Below, piece by piece: positions 1-11,344 of a stretch of DNA of 53,695 nt. Source of the DNA: Octopus bimaculoides (Eukaryota); contig NC_068983.1 in the NCBI RefSeq assembly GCF_001194135.2, positions 117,591,103 through 117,644,797 of the forward strand, given 5' to 3'. The notes under the pieces were generated by a model. That model made no database searches. It was not told the DNA's origin and saw only the letters and a list, made by a program, of their open reading frames with translations. Each line of letters begins with the position of its first letter. Position 1 is the stretch's first letter. The translations under genes were made by a program, and so were the position numbers.

Positions 1-658
1 TATATATATATATATATATATATATAGATATATATAAAGAGCGTAGAGAAAATGGGAGAGAGAAAAAGAGAAATACATGATGAAAGACATAATGATATAC
101 ATGATAAAATTTACTTCTAGTTTAGCTAGTGCTCGAAGTCGACGTAAAACAATGATTGATGGATCTATTTCAATGATGGCTCTATTTATATTATAAAAAT
201 ATAACTTGAGTAAATACGACTTTAATAAATGTAAATATATCAACACAACTATAATTATTTAGTACACTTTATATTGTTCGTGTTAAGTGTACGCATAGTT
301 TTGAGTTAGTTGTGTATGAAATGATATGTATCTGTGTGCGTGTGTTTATGTGTATGTATCCATGTGTTTATAAGCGTATGTGTCTTTATTTGTGTATATG
401 GGCGTTTGCGTATGCGTCTGTATTTGAATTCGTAAATAAATATGCGAAAACATATCTATTTTTCTCGTCTGTTTACATAATTCAGAAAGATTTTGGAACG
501 CTGAACGATTATGCATACATACATACATACATACATACAAGCACACACGTACATACATATACACATACAGGTATACAAACACTTACTTACACACGCACGC
601 ACAGATACATATACATACATATATATGTATATGTGCATACACACATACATGCATAAGT

Positions 659-672
659 CAGACAGACGGACG

Positions 673-744
<72 letters not shown>
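659..744. repeat. (GACG/GACA)n tetranucleotide microsatellite within a CA/TA-rich low-complexity tract
   Basis: Direct reading of gacagacggacggacggacagacagaca... It explains the spurious ORFs at 312-883. Confidence 0.95.
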
Positions 745-746
<2 letters not shown>

Positions 747-1468
747 CATTCATTATCCAAACATCTATACAATGAAAAGTAGTAGAACGCTTCCATCGAA
801 ATTTCTGTTAAGTGTACACGTAACAGGCCGGATATTGTTGTCTGAGACAGACAAGTAAAAGTAGGTTCAGTCATAGCGGTCAAATAGTATGAATATCAGT
901 TAAAAATTCAAAGAGAATCAGGATAACTCCTGCAAACTGTTTCAAATCCTCCAGTTTCTATATCTAGATTATAGATTCAAACTGATACCAATAAAATTGG
1001 TGCACTTGGTTTTGTGAATAAAAGCCTAAATGACAATCTGTAAAAGCTAGGGTTGTCGGGAAAATAAATCAACACACATATTACTAATACGATCTGTCAG
1101 TGGAAAAGTAAAATTATGCAAGACTGTTCTCGAGTTTAAAATGAGAATTTGTTTTTCAAATAATTAAAATCAGAAGAGAACAAACCTGTGTACATGCAAA
1201 CATACATACATACATACATACATACATATTTTCGATAGGGAATAAAAATTCTGTCACACAACATTAGGAAGATATCACATCATCAGCAGCTGTTTTAAAA
1301 TGCCTTCAAGGTATCACTTCCCCTCAGACATGACATTGTTGCCGAAATGAATATGTACATGTTTGTGTGTGTGTGTGTGTATGTGCGTGCGTGTGTGTGT
1401 GTGCGTGCATGCGTTTATGCTTATATATCTCATAGATTACAATACGCTAGCATAAGCGTATACTAGAT

Positions 1469-1656
1469 CAGTGCCCCGCAACCGGTATGCCAAGGCACAC
1501 TGGTGTGCCACGAGACGATGCTATGTGTACTGCTGTGTAACCTGACTATAATTTTTATTCTTATACTTTAAGCTATATTTTTAATTCAGGTGTGCCGCCT
1601 AATTTTGAAAAGAATATGCGTACCGCAGAGGTGAAAGAAAAGGTTGCGGAGCAGTG
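1469..1656. mobile_element. Non-autonomous hAT (Charlie-like) MITE, 188 bp
   Basis: Imperfect 15-bp TIRs: cagtgccccgcaacc (1469) and ggttgcggagcagtg (1642-1656), 13/15 match, resembling CAGTGGTTCCCAACC-type hAT ends. The flanking 8-mers tactagat and tattaggt (6/8, both differences transitions) fit an 8-bp TSD of NTCTAGAN type. Confidence 0.7.
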
Positions 1657-1904
1657 TATTAGGTGACCACAAGACTGGTGCTCAGAAGATCTAAAACTCC
1701 CTAGTGGAGTTCAAAATACTTCCTACTTCCTACTAGACGTCAAAATAAATCTGCAAAACAAAAGATGGCTTCAAGAACTGTTGAGTTTGGGTGTGTTATA
1801 AAAGGATAAAAGATAGACAGAGATATGGCATTATATATCATTTACCAAAGATATTATCTAAACATAACCCCAAATTATAATTACCGAAGCAAAATTAGAG
1901 TTTA

Positions 1905-1946
<42 letters not shown>

Positions 1947-2642
1947 NNNNNNNNNNNNNNNNNNNNNNNNNNNNNNNNNNNNNNNNNNNNNNNNNNNNNN
2001 NNNNNNNNNNNNNNNNNNNNNNNNNNNNNNNNNNNNNNNNNNNNNNNNNNNNNNNNNNNNNNNNNNNNNNNNNNNNNNNNNNNNNNNNNNNNNNNNNNNN
2101 NNNNNNNNNNNNNNNNNNNNNNNNNNNNNNNNNNNNNNNNNNNNNNNNNNNNNNNNNNNNNNNNNNNNNNNNNNNNNNNNNNNNNNNNNNNNNNNNNNNN
2201 NNNNNNNNNNNNNNNNNNNNNNNNNNNNNNNNNNNNNNNNNNNNNNNNNNNNNNNNNNNNNNNNNNNNNNNNNNNNNNNNNNNNNNNNNNNNNNNNNNNN
2301 NNNNNNNNNNNNNNNNNNNNNNNNNNNNNNNNNNNNNNNNNNNNNNNNNNNNNNNNNNNNNNNNNNNNNNNNNNNNNNNNNNNNNNNNNNNNNNNNNNNN
2401 NNNNNNNNNNNNNNNNNNNNNNNNNNNNNNNNNNNNNNNNNNNNNNNNNNNNNNNNNNNNNNNNNNNNNNNNNNNNNNNNNNNNNNNNNNNNNNNNNNNN
2501 NNNNNNNNNNNNNNNNNNNNNNNNNNNATATATATATATATATACATGTATGCATATACATATATGTATATACATATACATGCATATATGTGTATGTATA
2601 TATAATTAGATAGCTGCATATGTGTGATTATATATATATGTA

Positions 2643-2674
<32 letters not shown>

Positions 2675-3711
2675 TTTATGTATGGCAAAATATTTTGCAA
2701 CTGATGAAAATGGGCAAAAGCTAAATAGATTCAAGAGATATTTACAAAATTAAATGGTTCTACTTTATGGGAAATATTTTTTGTGAAACGAAACAACAGA
2801 AAATTTTTGTTGTATCTATTTGCTGTGGGTAAATGGAATTATAAAACTATCGATTTAAATAGAATGACAGGAATTATGTAGAATATATTAATGTCGCCAA
2901 ATACCACAAAACAAATATCGAAAACATTACGCTGTCTCTTTCTTTTCTATTTGTTTCGCTTAGTTTCCCTTTTTGGCTTTGTCAGAAAATAAAAATGGGA
3001 TACGCCGGATTTAGAGTCTATTGGATTGGATCGACGCCACGTTATTTCTAAGGTATGTTTCAGCATTCATGGAAGAATTAAAGCAATTTCGATTCATTCT
3101 TTATTCTGCATTTTATTCTGAGCCATTTCAATATTACATTTATATTCTTCCAGTCTAAGCTCGTCTATATCTATATATTTATATATTAGCAGATGTCTAT
3201 GTATATTTGTATGTCTGGGCATAATGCCAATGAGGGTGTGAGAGGGGAGAGAAAGAAACAGAGAAGCAAAGTAAGGAAGTGGCTCTTTACTTCTCCTCCT
3301 GCATCTCCTCATTCGTCACGACGTTTTTCGATAGAGGAAGAAATGTAAATAGTGTAAGTGTGTGAGTCAGTTAGAAAGAGAGTGGGAGAAAAGAAAGAAA
3401 CAGTCATAGACTAAAAGAGAGACACTATACCAGAGGGTGAGAAGAATATGTGTGAGCGAGAGAAACAAAGAATGAGAAAAAGACAGAGACTAGAGAAAGA
3501 AACAGACAGAGAAAACAAGTTTCTGTAGGAGAAGTTGAAAAGAGAGGGATAGCGGGAGAGAGAGAATGCTGATGCTTGATATTGTATGTATGTTTTATTG
3601 GTGAAGGTGAAAACAGCCAGTACAAAGCGAGGGGGAAAGCGAGAGAGAAAGAGACGCTGATGTTTGATACTGAATGTGTGTGTGCCTACGGTTTTCTACA
3701 ATCCGAGAAAA

Positions 3712-4065
3712 ATGTTCTCACTTTGTACAAGAGGAGATGGGGTAGATGTATATGATCAGTATTCCACAGTGAAGCAAAGACAAGTACAAGTAGCCGGAGT
3801 AAAGTCACAAGAGACCCCTGCACAACGACAGCAAAGACATGAAAACGACCGAAGGAGAGCTGCTGCACGCAGGGTCAATGAGTCACAAGAGGCAAGAGAA
3901 AAACGGTTAGAACAATTACGTCAACAAAATGCAATCTGCAGGAGTCAAGAGTCAAAAAAGAAAAAAGAAAAACATTTAAAGGATACAAGACAAAGACAAG
4001 CTTTCATAGTTGCCAATGAAACAATAGGTCAGCGAAAAATAAGGCAAAGATTAAGAAGTTTATGA
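3712..4065 (+). pseudogene. ORF fragment with 3.5 tandem 23-aa STPR-like repeats, possibly the N-terminus of a Helitron Rep/Hel protein, truncated by the adjacent Penelope element
   Basis: Repeats start exactly 69 nt apart (3811, 3880, 3949, 4018): ETPAQRQQRHENDRRRAAARRVN / ESQEAREKRLEQLRQQNAICRSQ / ESKKKKEKHLKDTRQRQAFIVAN / ETIGQRKIR. This matches the E-T/S-x-E-x-R-x-x-R-L pattern of STPR repeats. The Helitron link is inference. Confidence 0.65.
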
Positions 4066-6027
4066 AACTCAAAGGTCGGAGAACGAAGACTGAAGTCCGT
4101 CCCCACCTGTGAAAGCAATAATTAATGTAAGTAGCCGACATCTAGAAAGCTCTGAATAAGCAGTACTAACCATCAAGCGCATTCCATACTTGGACATAAT
4201 AGCCCCTATTGAATAGATAGCCATAAAGATACCAAAAGCTCGGGGAGATGAACTAAGGTGGAAAATGAGACAGGTATTAGAAAAAGCGAAACTTCCCAAA
4301 CCAAACATCACTAAGGAAGAAACTTTCACTCTCAAAAGACTACAGAGTGACAATTCCATCATAATACTTCCAGCAGTCAAGGAAAATGCTACAGTGGTGA
4401 TGAACAAGTCTAACTACTTTGAAAAATTGGCAAGCCTTATAAGTGATGGCAGCTACAGCAAAGTAAAGAAAGACCCTACTATGAAAACGGAGAGGAAGTT
4501 GTCACAGATCTTGATCAAGAACAAGGATCACTTTACACCAATGAAGTACAGACAACTGATTCAACACTACAGTAAACTACCACACATGTACGTTCTTCCT
4601 ACGATTCACAAGGATGGTATTCCATTAAGACCTATAGTGAGCTGTAGAGGTTCAGCATGCCATCCACTGATCCGCTTCCTTGTGGATATAATCAGTCCGT
4701 TAGCAGGAAAGTCAACATCGTTCATGAAGACTTCCACCCACTTCACAGAATTGATCAAGGATACCCCCATTGAATCCAACCAGATGGTGAGTCTAGATGT
4801 GATAAGTCTGTTCACCAAAGTCCCAACTGGTGAAGCACTATCGGTGATTCAAGAAAAACTAGTGACAGACACCCATCTAAAAGAACGCACTAGTATACCA
4901 ATAAGAAACTTGATGCAAATTTTGACATTCAGGGTAGAAACTACTTACTTCAGTATGGACACTGATATATATCAACAGGAAGTGGGTTTAACTATGGGTT
5001 CACCATTATCACCGATAATAGCCAATATGTACATGGAATACTTTGAGGATTTGGCTTTAAGATCAACACCACTAAAACCCCAGCCCTATGGCTGCGATAT
5101 GTTGATGACACCTTTATACTCTGGCTCCAGTAGGAAGATGTCCAAGTGCTGTTAGATCATGTGAACTCAATAAAGCCATCGATACAGTTCACACTGGATA
5201 AAAGAAAAGACAATCAGCTGGCATTCCTGGACGTATTAAAAACACGCACTAAGTAAGGATTCAGGACACCTGTATACCGCAATCCGACCTTCACTGGACG
5301 ATACCTCAACTTCAATTCCCACCATCCATACAGTGTAAAGAGAGGGATTGCTCAGTGCCTAAAATATCGAGCAATGAATATAAGTAGCGATCGTGATACC
5401 CACCACGAAGAAATGATCAGGCTCAGTAACAATCTATTACGAAACAACTACCCCAAAAGCACACTCTCCACTCAAATTAGGAAGAAAAAAGAGGATGAAA
5501 CCGATAAACTGTCCACAGTCTGTCTACCCTATGTGAAAGGCCTCTCCGAAAAGATACAAAAGATATGCGGCCCATATGACATCAGGACAGTATTCAAGAG
5601 TAATACAACACTTCGCAAATATCTCCTTCGATTAAAACCACCAATAGAAGAGAATATGAGTAAGAACTACGTGTACTTCATCCCATGCAGCTGTGGTAGG
5701 TTATACAAAGGCGAAACATGTCGCCCCCTCAAAATAAGAGTAGAGGAACATCGTAAAGCTACGACACGGGGAGATATCGTTAAATCAGGTATAGCTGATC
5801 ATGTATGGAAAAATGGAGACCACATCCCCCGTGGGATGAAGTTAAAATAATAGACAGAGAACATCACTGGAAAATACGAAAACTAAAAGAAGCAGCACAT
5901 ATGCTAGGACACAACAATCTCCTATGCAGACTGAGTGCAGATATGAACAGCATATGGGAACCAGTATTAAGAAAGGATAGAAACATATTTGATTTATAAG
6001 CCCTAAAATTCACTCCATAATTACCCA

Positions 6028-6090
6028 CGGCGTAGTGGTTAAGAGCGCGGGATACTAACCCCAAGATTCCGAGTTCGATTCCAGGCAGTG
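6028..6090 (+). promoter_or_regulatory. tRNA-derived segment with Pol III A and B boxes inside the 3' end of the Penelope element
   Basis: A-box-like cggcgtagtgg (6028-6038) and B-box-like agttcgattcc (6072-6082) with tRNA-like spacing. It is not a complete cloverleaf tRNA. Confidence 0.7.
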
Positions 6091-6175
6091 ACCTGAATAA
6101 TATTATTATTAATAATAATAATAATATATCGAAAAATACCTTACGAATGAGAACCCAGGTTCGAAATTTCCCCAA

Positions 6176-6202
6176 GGCTGGACGGTATATCAGCCGAAAC
6201 GT
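6176..6202 (+). ncRNA. Remnant of a minimal hammerhead ribozyme (stem II + GAAAC-GT; CUGANGA core missing)
   Basis: ggctg-gacggtatat-cagcc hairpin immediately followed by gaaacgt. Penelope terminal repeats are known to carry minimal type I hammerheads with this layout. No CTGATGA precedes the stem here. Confidence 0.5.
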
Positions 6203-6345
6203 GGTTAACAACAAAGATGAGGACAAATAGCCGTCAATTGTAAATAATGTAAATAATGTACATATTTCCTCATCTCTTAAATATAGAACTGTGCTCTCTT
6301 TCTCTGTTCCTCTCTCTCTCCCCCCCTCTCTCTCCCCCTCTATCT

Positions 6346-6393
<48 letters not shown>

Positions 6394-6924
6394 AGTTGTC
6401 ACTGCACGATTTCAGAGAGACATTCCAAATAGAAATCTACTTCATGAAGATTTGGTATCTAATGATGGCACCAGCATCGTGTCGATAGTGAGAACTTCTG
6501 GCGAAACCATAGTTGTTTCCTTGATATCACTTATGTGCGCCATCATTCTGAAATTTCATGATTACATCGTTTGTTCAAAGAGCTGTCGCTAACTTAAATT
6601 GTATCCGTTCTGGCCTTCTCGGGATTTGGTTATTTTTTGTTTTTTTTTTAATTATAGATATCGTTATCAGTCCTAACAACTCTACACTCCTCCTTCACCT
6701 TGTGTCTTCAACAGTTACAAGCCCGAAGCCTAAACAACTATTACAAAACATCTACAGCTTCCATGAACCAGGCATCCTCAAAACAACTCTCAGAGGAAAA
6801 TTACAACTTAGTTTCCTTCAACTATAATCACATAACAAAACTTAAGGAAATGACATTCCATTTCATTGTACTTAACTTTGCATATTGAATCTCATATTTC
6901 ATATGGTGACAGACACATATAAAT

Positions 6925-6925
<1 letters not shown>

Positions 6926-7016
<91 letters not shown>
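6926..7016. repeat. (CT)n microsatellite, ~90 bp
   Basis: Direct reading. Confidence 0.97.
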
Positions 7017-7019
<3 letters not shown>

Positions 7020-7117
7020 CACTCACACACACACAATATACATATATTAAATATCTTTGCTTCTTTTTGTTCAATGTTCTGCAGTGGTTTACTGTTCTTT
7101 ACTAACAGAAACTGTGA

Positions 7118-7440
7118 AGGCGCGCGGCTTAGTGGTTAGGGTATTCAGCTCACGATCACAAGGTCGTGAGTTCAATTCCTGGCCACGCGTTTTGTCCTTG
7201 AGCAAGAAACTTTATTTCACATTGCTCCTGTCCATTCAGCTGGTAAAAATGAACAGTACCTGTATTTCAAAAGGCCAGTCTTGTCACACTCTGTGTCACG
7301 CTAGATATCCCTAGAACTACGTCAAATGTACACGTGTCTATAGAATGCTCAGCCACATACACGTTAATTTCACGAGTAGACTGTTCCGTTGATCAGATCA
7401 ATTGAAACCATGGTCGTCGTCAAACCGACAGAGTGCCAGT
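7118..7440 (+). mobile_element. tRNA-derived SINE
   Basis: Head ggcgcgcggcttagtggttagggt...gagttcaattcc (A/B boxes), then a central gtccttgagcaagaaacttt segment typical of conserved SINE core domains, then a unique 3' body. Confidence 0.8.
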
Positions 7441-9691
7441 TTACTAACAGAAACTAGATTTAATTTTTGATCTGGCATCATTCGACTGTCTTCCATTCTA
7501 GATCCCGCTCTAAAAACCATTATCTCAGCTACTCCACACCACGTCTACCAGCCACATAAATTCCCTTCAACCCTTGTTTTCATTATAGGTATTAACCTAC
7601 ATAAGTTATGAAGCCATATATGCCTCTTTTCTCCAACTAATTTCTGGTTATTCTTGAAACCAACTGTTTAGTGGGAAGAATATTCTGTCGATTGAATCTG
7701 TGCTGATATATTTCTGTAACTTATTTTATCGTCCATGGTAGTATAAAAGTAAAATTGATAAAACTCAGGAGAGAGAGGAAACGTCCACAAATTTCGGTTA
7801 TCACTCATTGACGGTAAGATGATGTACTCCATCTTCTGCCTCTCAATAGGGTATTGTTAATTTACAACATGCCGTACTGAACTACGATCAAAATTATGTA
7901 TTATGTTGATTTGCAACAGTGGTTACGAGCTCCTTCGCGACAAAGCACAGGGGAATGCTAAGTATTTCTGTTTGGCTTCTTCATAACACTGCACTAGTTT
8001 ACGCAGCTGGGGTGTCAAAGAATGCAATTTATGACTGAGGCGTGAAGTGCTATTTCACTCATTCCTATTTGGCTGACTTTACTTCCTGTAATTTTCGCCT
8101 GCTTCCAGATTTAGAGCACTGATAAAAAAAAAAAGTTTTAAAAAATACTGCAACTGGCTATTGGATAACGGTTTGCTGAACAGGACAAACGATTCTATAT
8201 AAATGGCATTGAGCAGCTGTGATATCCATATAAAAATAAAGTGTGTAGAAATCAACAGAGACATTGTTGAAAATTAAAAGTCTTTGATGAAAAAAAAAAT
8301 AAAAAATAATCTTTTCCTGCCGCCATATCATTAAGTATGTTGGCCTCAAAATTCCATGAACAACCCATCGTACATATATTTCCGGGATAAAATGTTTCTT
8401 CCTGAAAAATAATATGATAATCTGAACCGAAAAATCCATGAATAATATATAACCTAGAAATAATATCCGCTCTGAAATAATGATTTTATTTTTAGTTTTA
8501 TTTTCTTCTCACTTCTTACCACCTTTGAAGATGTTTGTTTGTGAACATAGAATCAGAATTTACCGATAATAGGATAGAAAATAGCAGGAAATAAACATCC
8601 AAAATCCAATGTAATATTGTTATCGAATAGGATATGATTCTTATTTTGGTAGATAGAAAAAGAGATAATGAAATAGCAAATGTGTAAGACTAATGTAGAG
8701 TTTGAAACTGATATAGATTTTAACCAAACAGTATTCGCAATATATCCATTGCATTCCATGTGTTGATAATTTTCTGTAGAGTTATCCGAGTTTCAGTTGA
8801 GCAAATCGCAAATTTTTTCCTTCCCTCTGGGCAATTTCTATTTCGATTACTGAAGTAAACTTTTCATTAATAAATCTCTTTCTTTTAATTCCAGTTTTAT
8901 CACATTTGTAACTTAAGTCAATATTTTATAAATAACACAAGTATAACATACATGATAACCCTAATATCGATTTGCTACGGCAAAATGTAAATATAACGTT
9001 CATTATGGTAAAGAAATAATTGATAGAAATAAAGCACCATAGGTATTCCTTTTTTAACTGATATCAGTAGAATGAAAATTAACGTTGATCCTCGCGATAT
9101 TTCATGTGTGAAAATTGATGGATGAACCTGAGTAATATAAAACAGAACTGCGACCTCCTTTCGTTTCATAATTTCCTATGCTGTTGTTTATCCCAATGTG
9201 TCTCCCCTTTCTTCTCAAGACGAACGTTTATGATTTGAGGAAGATTTGTTTCCTGCTTAGTATGTATAGCGACTACGTAAAGGTTCCCTCGAAGCATCAT
9301 CTTTTCACAAGTTGTACCTACAAGCATTGATCAACAAAATAAATTTGAACAGCAGTTGCATTATCATGGAATTTTCTCCTCGCCTGCAAATTTTCAAACG
9401 ACAGTAGGGCCTTTCTTCCTGTACTAAACATTATAATAAATAACAAATTTTCTATTTGCTCATTTTAAATAGGTAGTTATTCGCAAAAATAATTATATTC
9501 ATATTGTGTTCTTGAAAGGGTTGCTCATTCATGACTGACTTCATTTCACTTTCAAATTCAGTCAGTGTCGCAGCCGTGTTTGACACAGAGAGATTAGGCA
9601 TAATGGAAATTAGAATTTGAATTAAAATGAATAGCACTGCTCAAATAGTTACATGGAATTAAAATTAAAAGTATGGAATGTAAGAAGGTGA

Positions 9692-9840
9692 AGGCTATAT
9701 GTGTTGGTTTAAATAATTCGCATTGCAACCACGATGTTTCGGGTTAGGTCTCAGTGAGCGGCACCTAAGGCAAGCGTCTACTACTATAACCCCAGCTCAT
9801 CCAATGAATTGTAAGTGAACTTGGTAGACGGATACTATGT
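9692..9840 (+). mobile_element. Degenerate SINE of the same family as 51446-51600
   Basis: Shares ggcacct..ggcaag.gtct.ctactata and gtga...ttggtagacgga with the 51446 copy and is followed by (GT)n. Confidence 0.7.
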
Positions 9841-9842
9841 TG

Positions 9843-9903
<61 letters not shown>

Positions 9904-10632
9904 NNNNNNNNNNNNNNNNNNNNNNNNNNNNNNNNNNNNNNNNNNNNNNNNNNNNNNNNNNNNNNNNNNNNNNNNNNNNNNNNNNNNNNNNNNNNNNNNN
10001 NNNNNNNNNNNNNNNNNNNNNNNNNNNNNNNNNNNNNNNNNNNNNNNNNNNNNNNNNNNNNNNNNNNNNNNNNNNNNNNNNNNNNNNNNNNNNNNNNNNN
10101 NNNNNNNNNNNNNNNNNNNNNNNNNNNNNNNNNNNNNNNNNNNNNNNNNNNNNNNNNNNNNNNNNNNNNNNNNNNNNNNNNNNNNNNNNNNNNNNNNNNN
10201 NNNNNNNNNNNNNNNNNNNNNNNNNNNNNNNNNNNNNNNNNNNNNNNNNNNNNNNNNNNNNNNNNNNNNNNNNNNNNNNNNNNNNNNNNNNNNNNNNNNN
10301 NNNNNNNNNNNNNNNNNNNNNNNNNNNNNNNNNNNNNNNNNNNNNNNNNNNNNNNNNNNNNNNNNNNNNNNNNNNNNNNNNNNNNNNNNNNNNNNNNNNN
10401 NNNNNNNNNNNNNNNNNNNNNNNNNNNNNNNNNNNNNNNNNNNNNNNNNNNNNNNNNNNNNNNNNNNNNNNNNNNNNNNNNNNNNNNNNNNNNNNNNNNN
10501 NNNNNNNNNNNNNNNNNNNNNNNNNNNNNNNNNNNNNNNNNNNNNNNNNNNNNNNNNNNNNNNNNNNNNNNNNNNNNNNNNNNNNNNNNNNNNNNNNNNN
10601 NNNNNNNNNNNNNTATATATATATATATATAT

Positions 10633-10760
10633 TTGACTTTCCAATCCATTCATCCTTTCTGGGTCAATTAAATAAGTACCGGTGTTGAGCACTGGGGTCG
10701 ATATAATCGACTTATCCCATGCCACGAAATTACTGGTCTTGTGCCAAGATTTGAAACCAA
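10633..10760 (+). mobile_element. SINE 3' fragment (core shared with the 11133 and 30911 copies)
   Basis: ttcatcctttctgggtc...aataagtacc...ctggggtcgatataatcgact...cttgtgccaagatttgaaa. Confidence 0.7.
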
Positions 10761-11132
10761 TATGCAAACGTGTGTATGTATCTATGTGTGTATGAATATC
10801 TGCATCTAATGAATAATATATTTTACAGTCTTTTTTAATATTAAATGCAACTCATGGACCCCAAGCTCCAGTCCTACCTTTGTGGGGCGCCAGAGGCTGC
10901 GCACTCCAATATGGGAACCGTTGGTGTATACGTTCCTCGTTTGTATATTTGCTTTCTAACTCATAGTTCGAGTAGTTTGCATACATAAAGTAATAAAAGC
11001 AGACCTTTTGCTTTGGCTGCTGAATAGCCTCAAGCATCTCTGAACGAGCCTATATCATTTGAAAGATAAATATTTTTTCCCATAAATATTGAATAGTTCA
11101 ATATGCCATTTTTTTATCTCCTTGTTCTGAAA

Positions 11133-11344
11133 TATTCTTTTCTACTCTAGGCACAAGGCCCGAAATTTTTGTGGGTGCAGGAGACCAGTCGATTAGAACG
11201 ACCCCAGTACACAAATTTATTGACCCCGAAAGGATGAAAGGCAAAGTCGACCTCGGCGGAATTTGAACTCAGAACGTAAGGACAGACGAAAAACCGCTAT
11301 GTATTTCGCCAGTCGTACTAACGTTTCTCCCAGTTCACCGCCTT
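11133..11344 (-). mobile_element. tRNA-derived SINE, near full length
   Basis: The plus strand reads gaccccgaaaggatgaaaggcaaagtcgacctcggcggaatttgaactcagaacg, i.e. a B-box gagttcaaattcc on the minus strand. Homologous to 24925, 30911 and 31171. Confidence 0.85.

Larger units (their letters stand above)
4045..6292 (+). mobile_element. Decayed, 5'-truncated Penelope-like retroelement (RT + GIY-YIG endonuclease; Poseidon-like)
   Basis: The N-terminal motif IINVSSRHL lies at ~4115. RT motifs include KDPT, IHKDGIPLRPIVS, MVSLDVISLFTKVP, QQEVGLTMGSPLSPIIANMYME, and LWLRYVDDTF (YVDD at 5098-5109, after a frameshift). HHPYSVKRGI follows, then the GIY-YIG segment VYFIPCSCGRLYKGETCRPLKIRVEEH and WDEVKIIDREHHWKIRKLKEAAH. 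Several stops and frameshifts are present. Boundaries are approximate. Confidence 0.95.

Noticed and set aside
312-883. Several overlapping 78-115 aa ORFs
   Set aside because: They are translations of CA/TA/GACA microsatellites (YIHT, CVCV, LSVC runs), not proteins.
1825-2700. Long ORFs spanning N runs (also at ~9.8, 15, 17, 21, 36.6, 39.7, 41 and 44.8 kb)
   Set aside because: They are open only because N codons contain no stops.
6028-6090. Possible tRNA gene
   Set aside because: A and B boxes are present, but no proper acceptor stem could be folded and it lies inside a retroelement, so it is treated as tRNA-derived.
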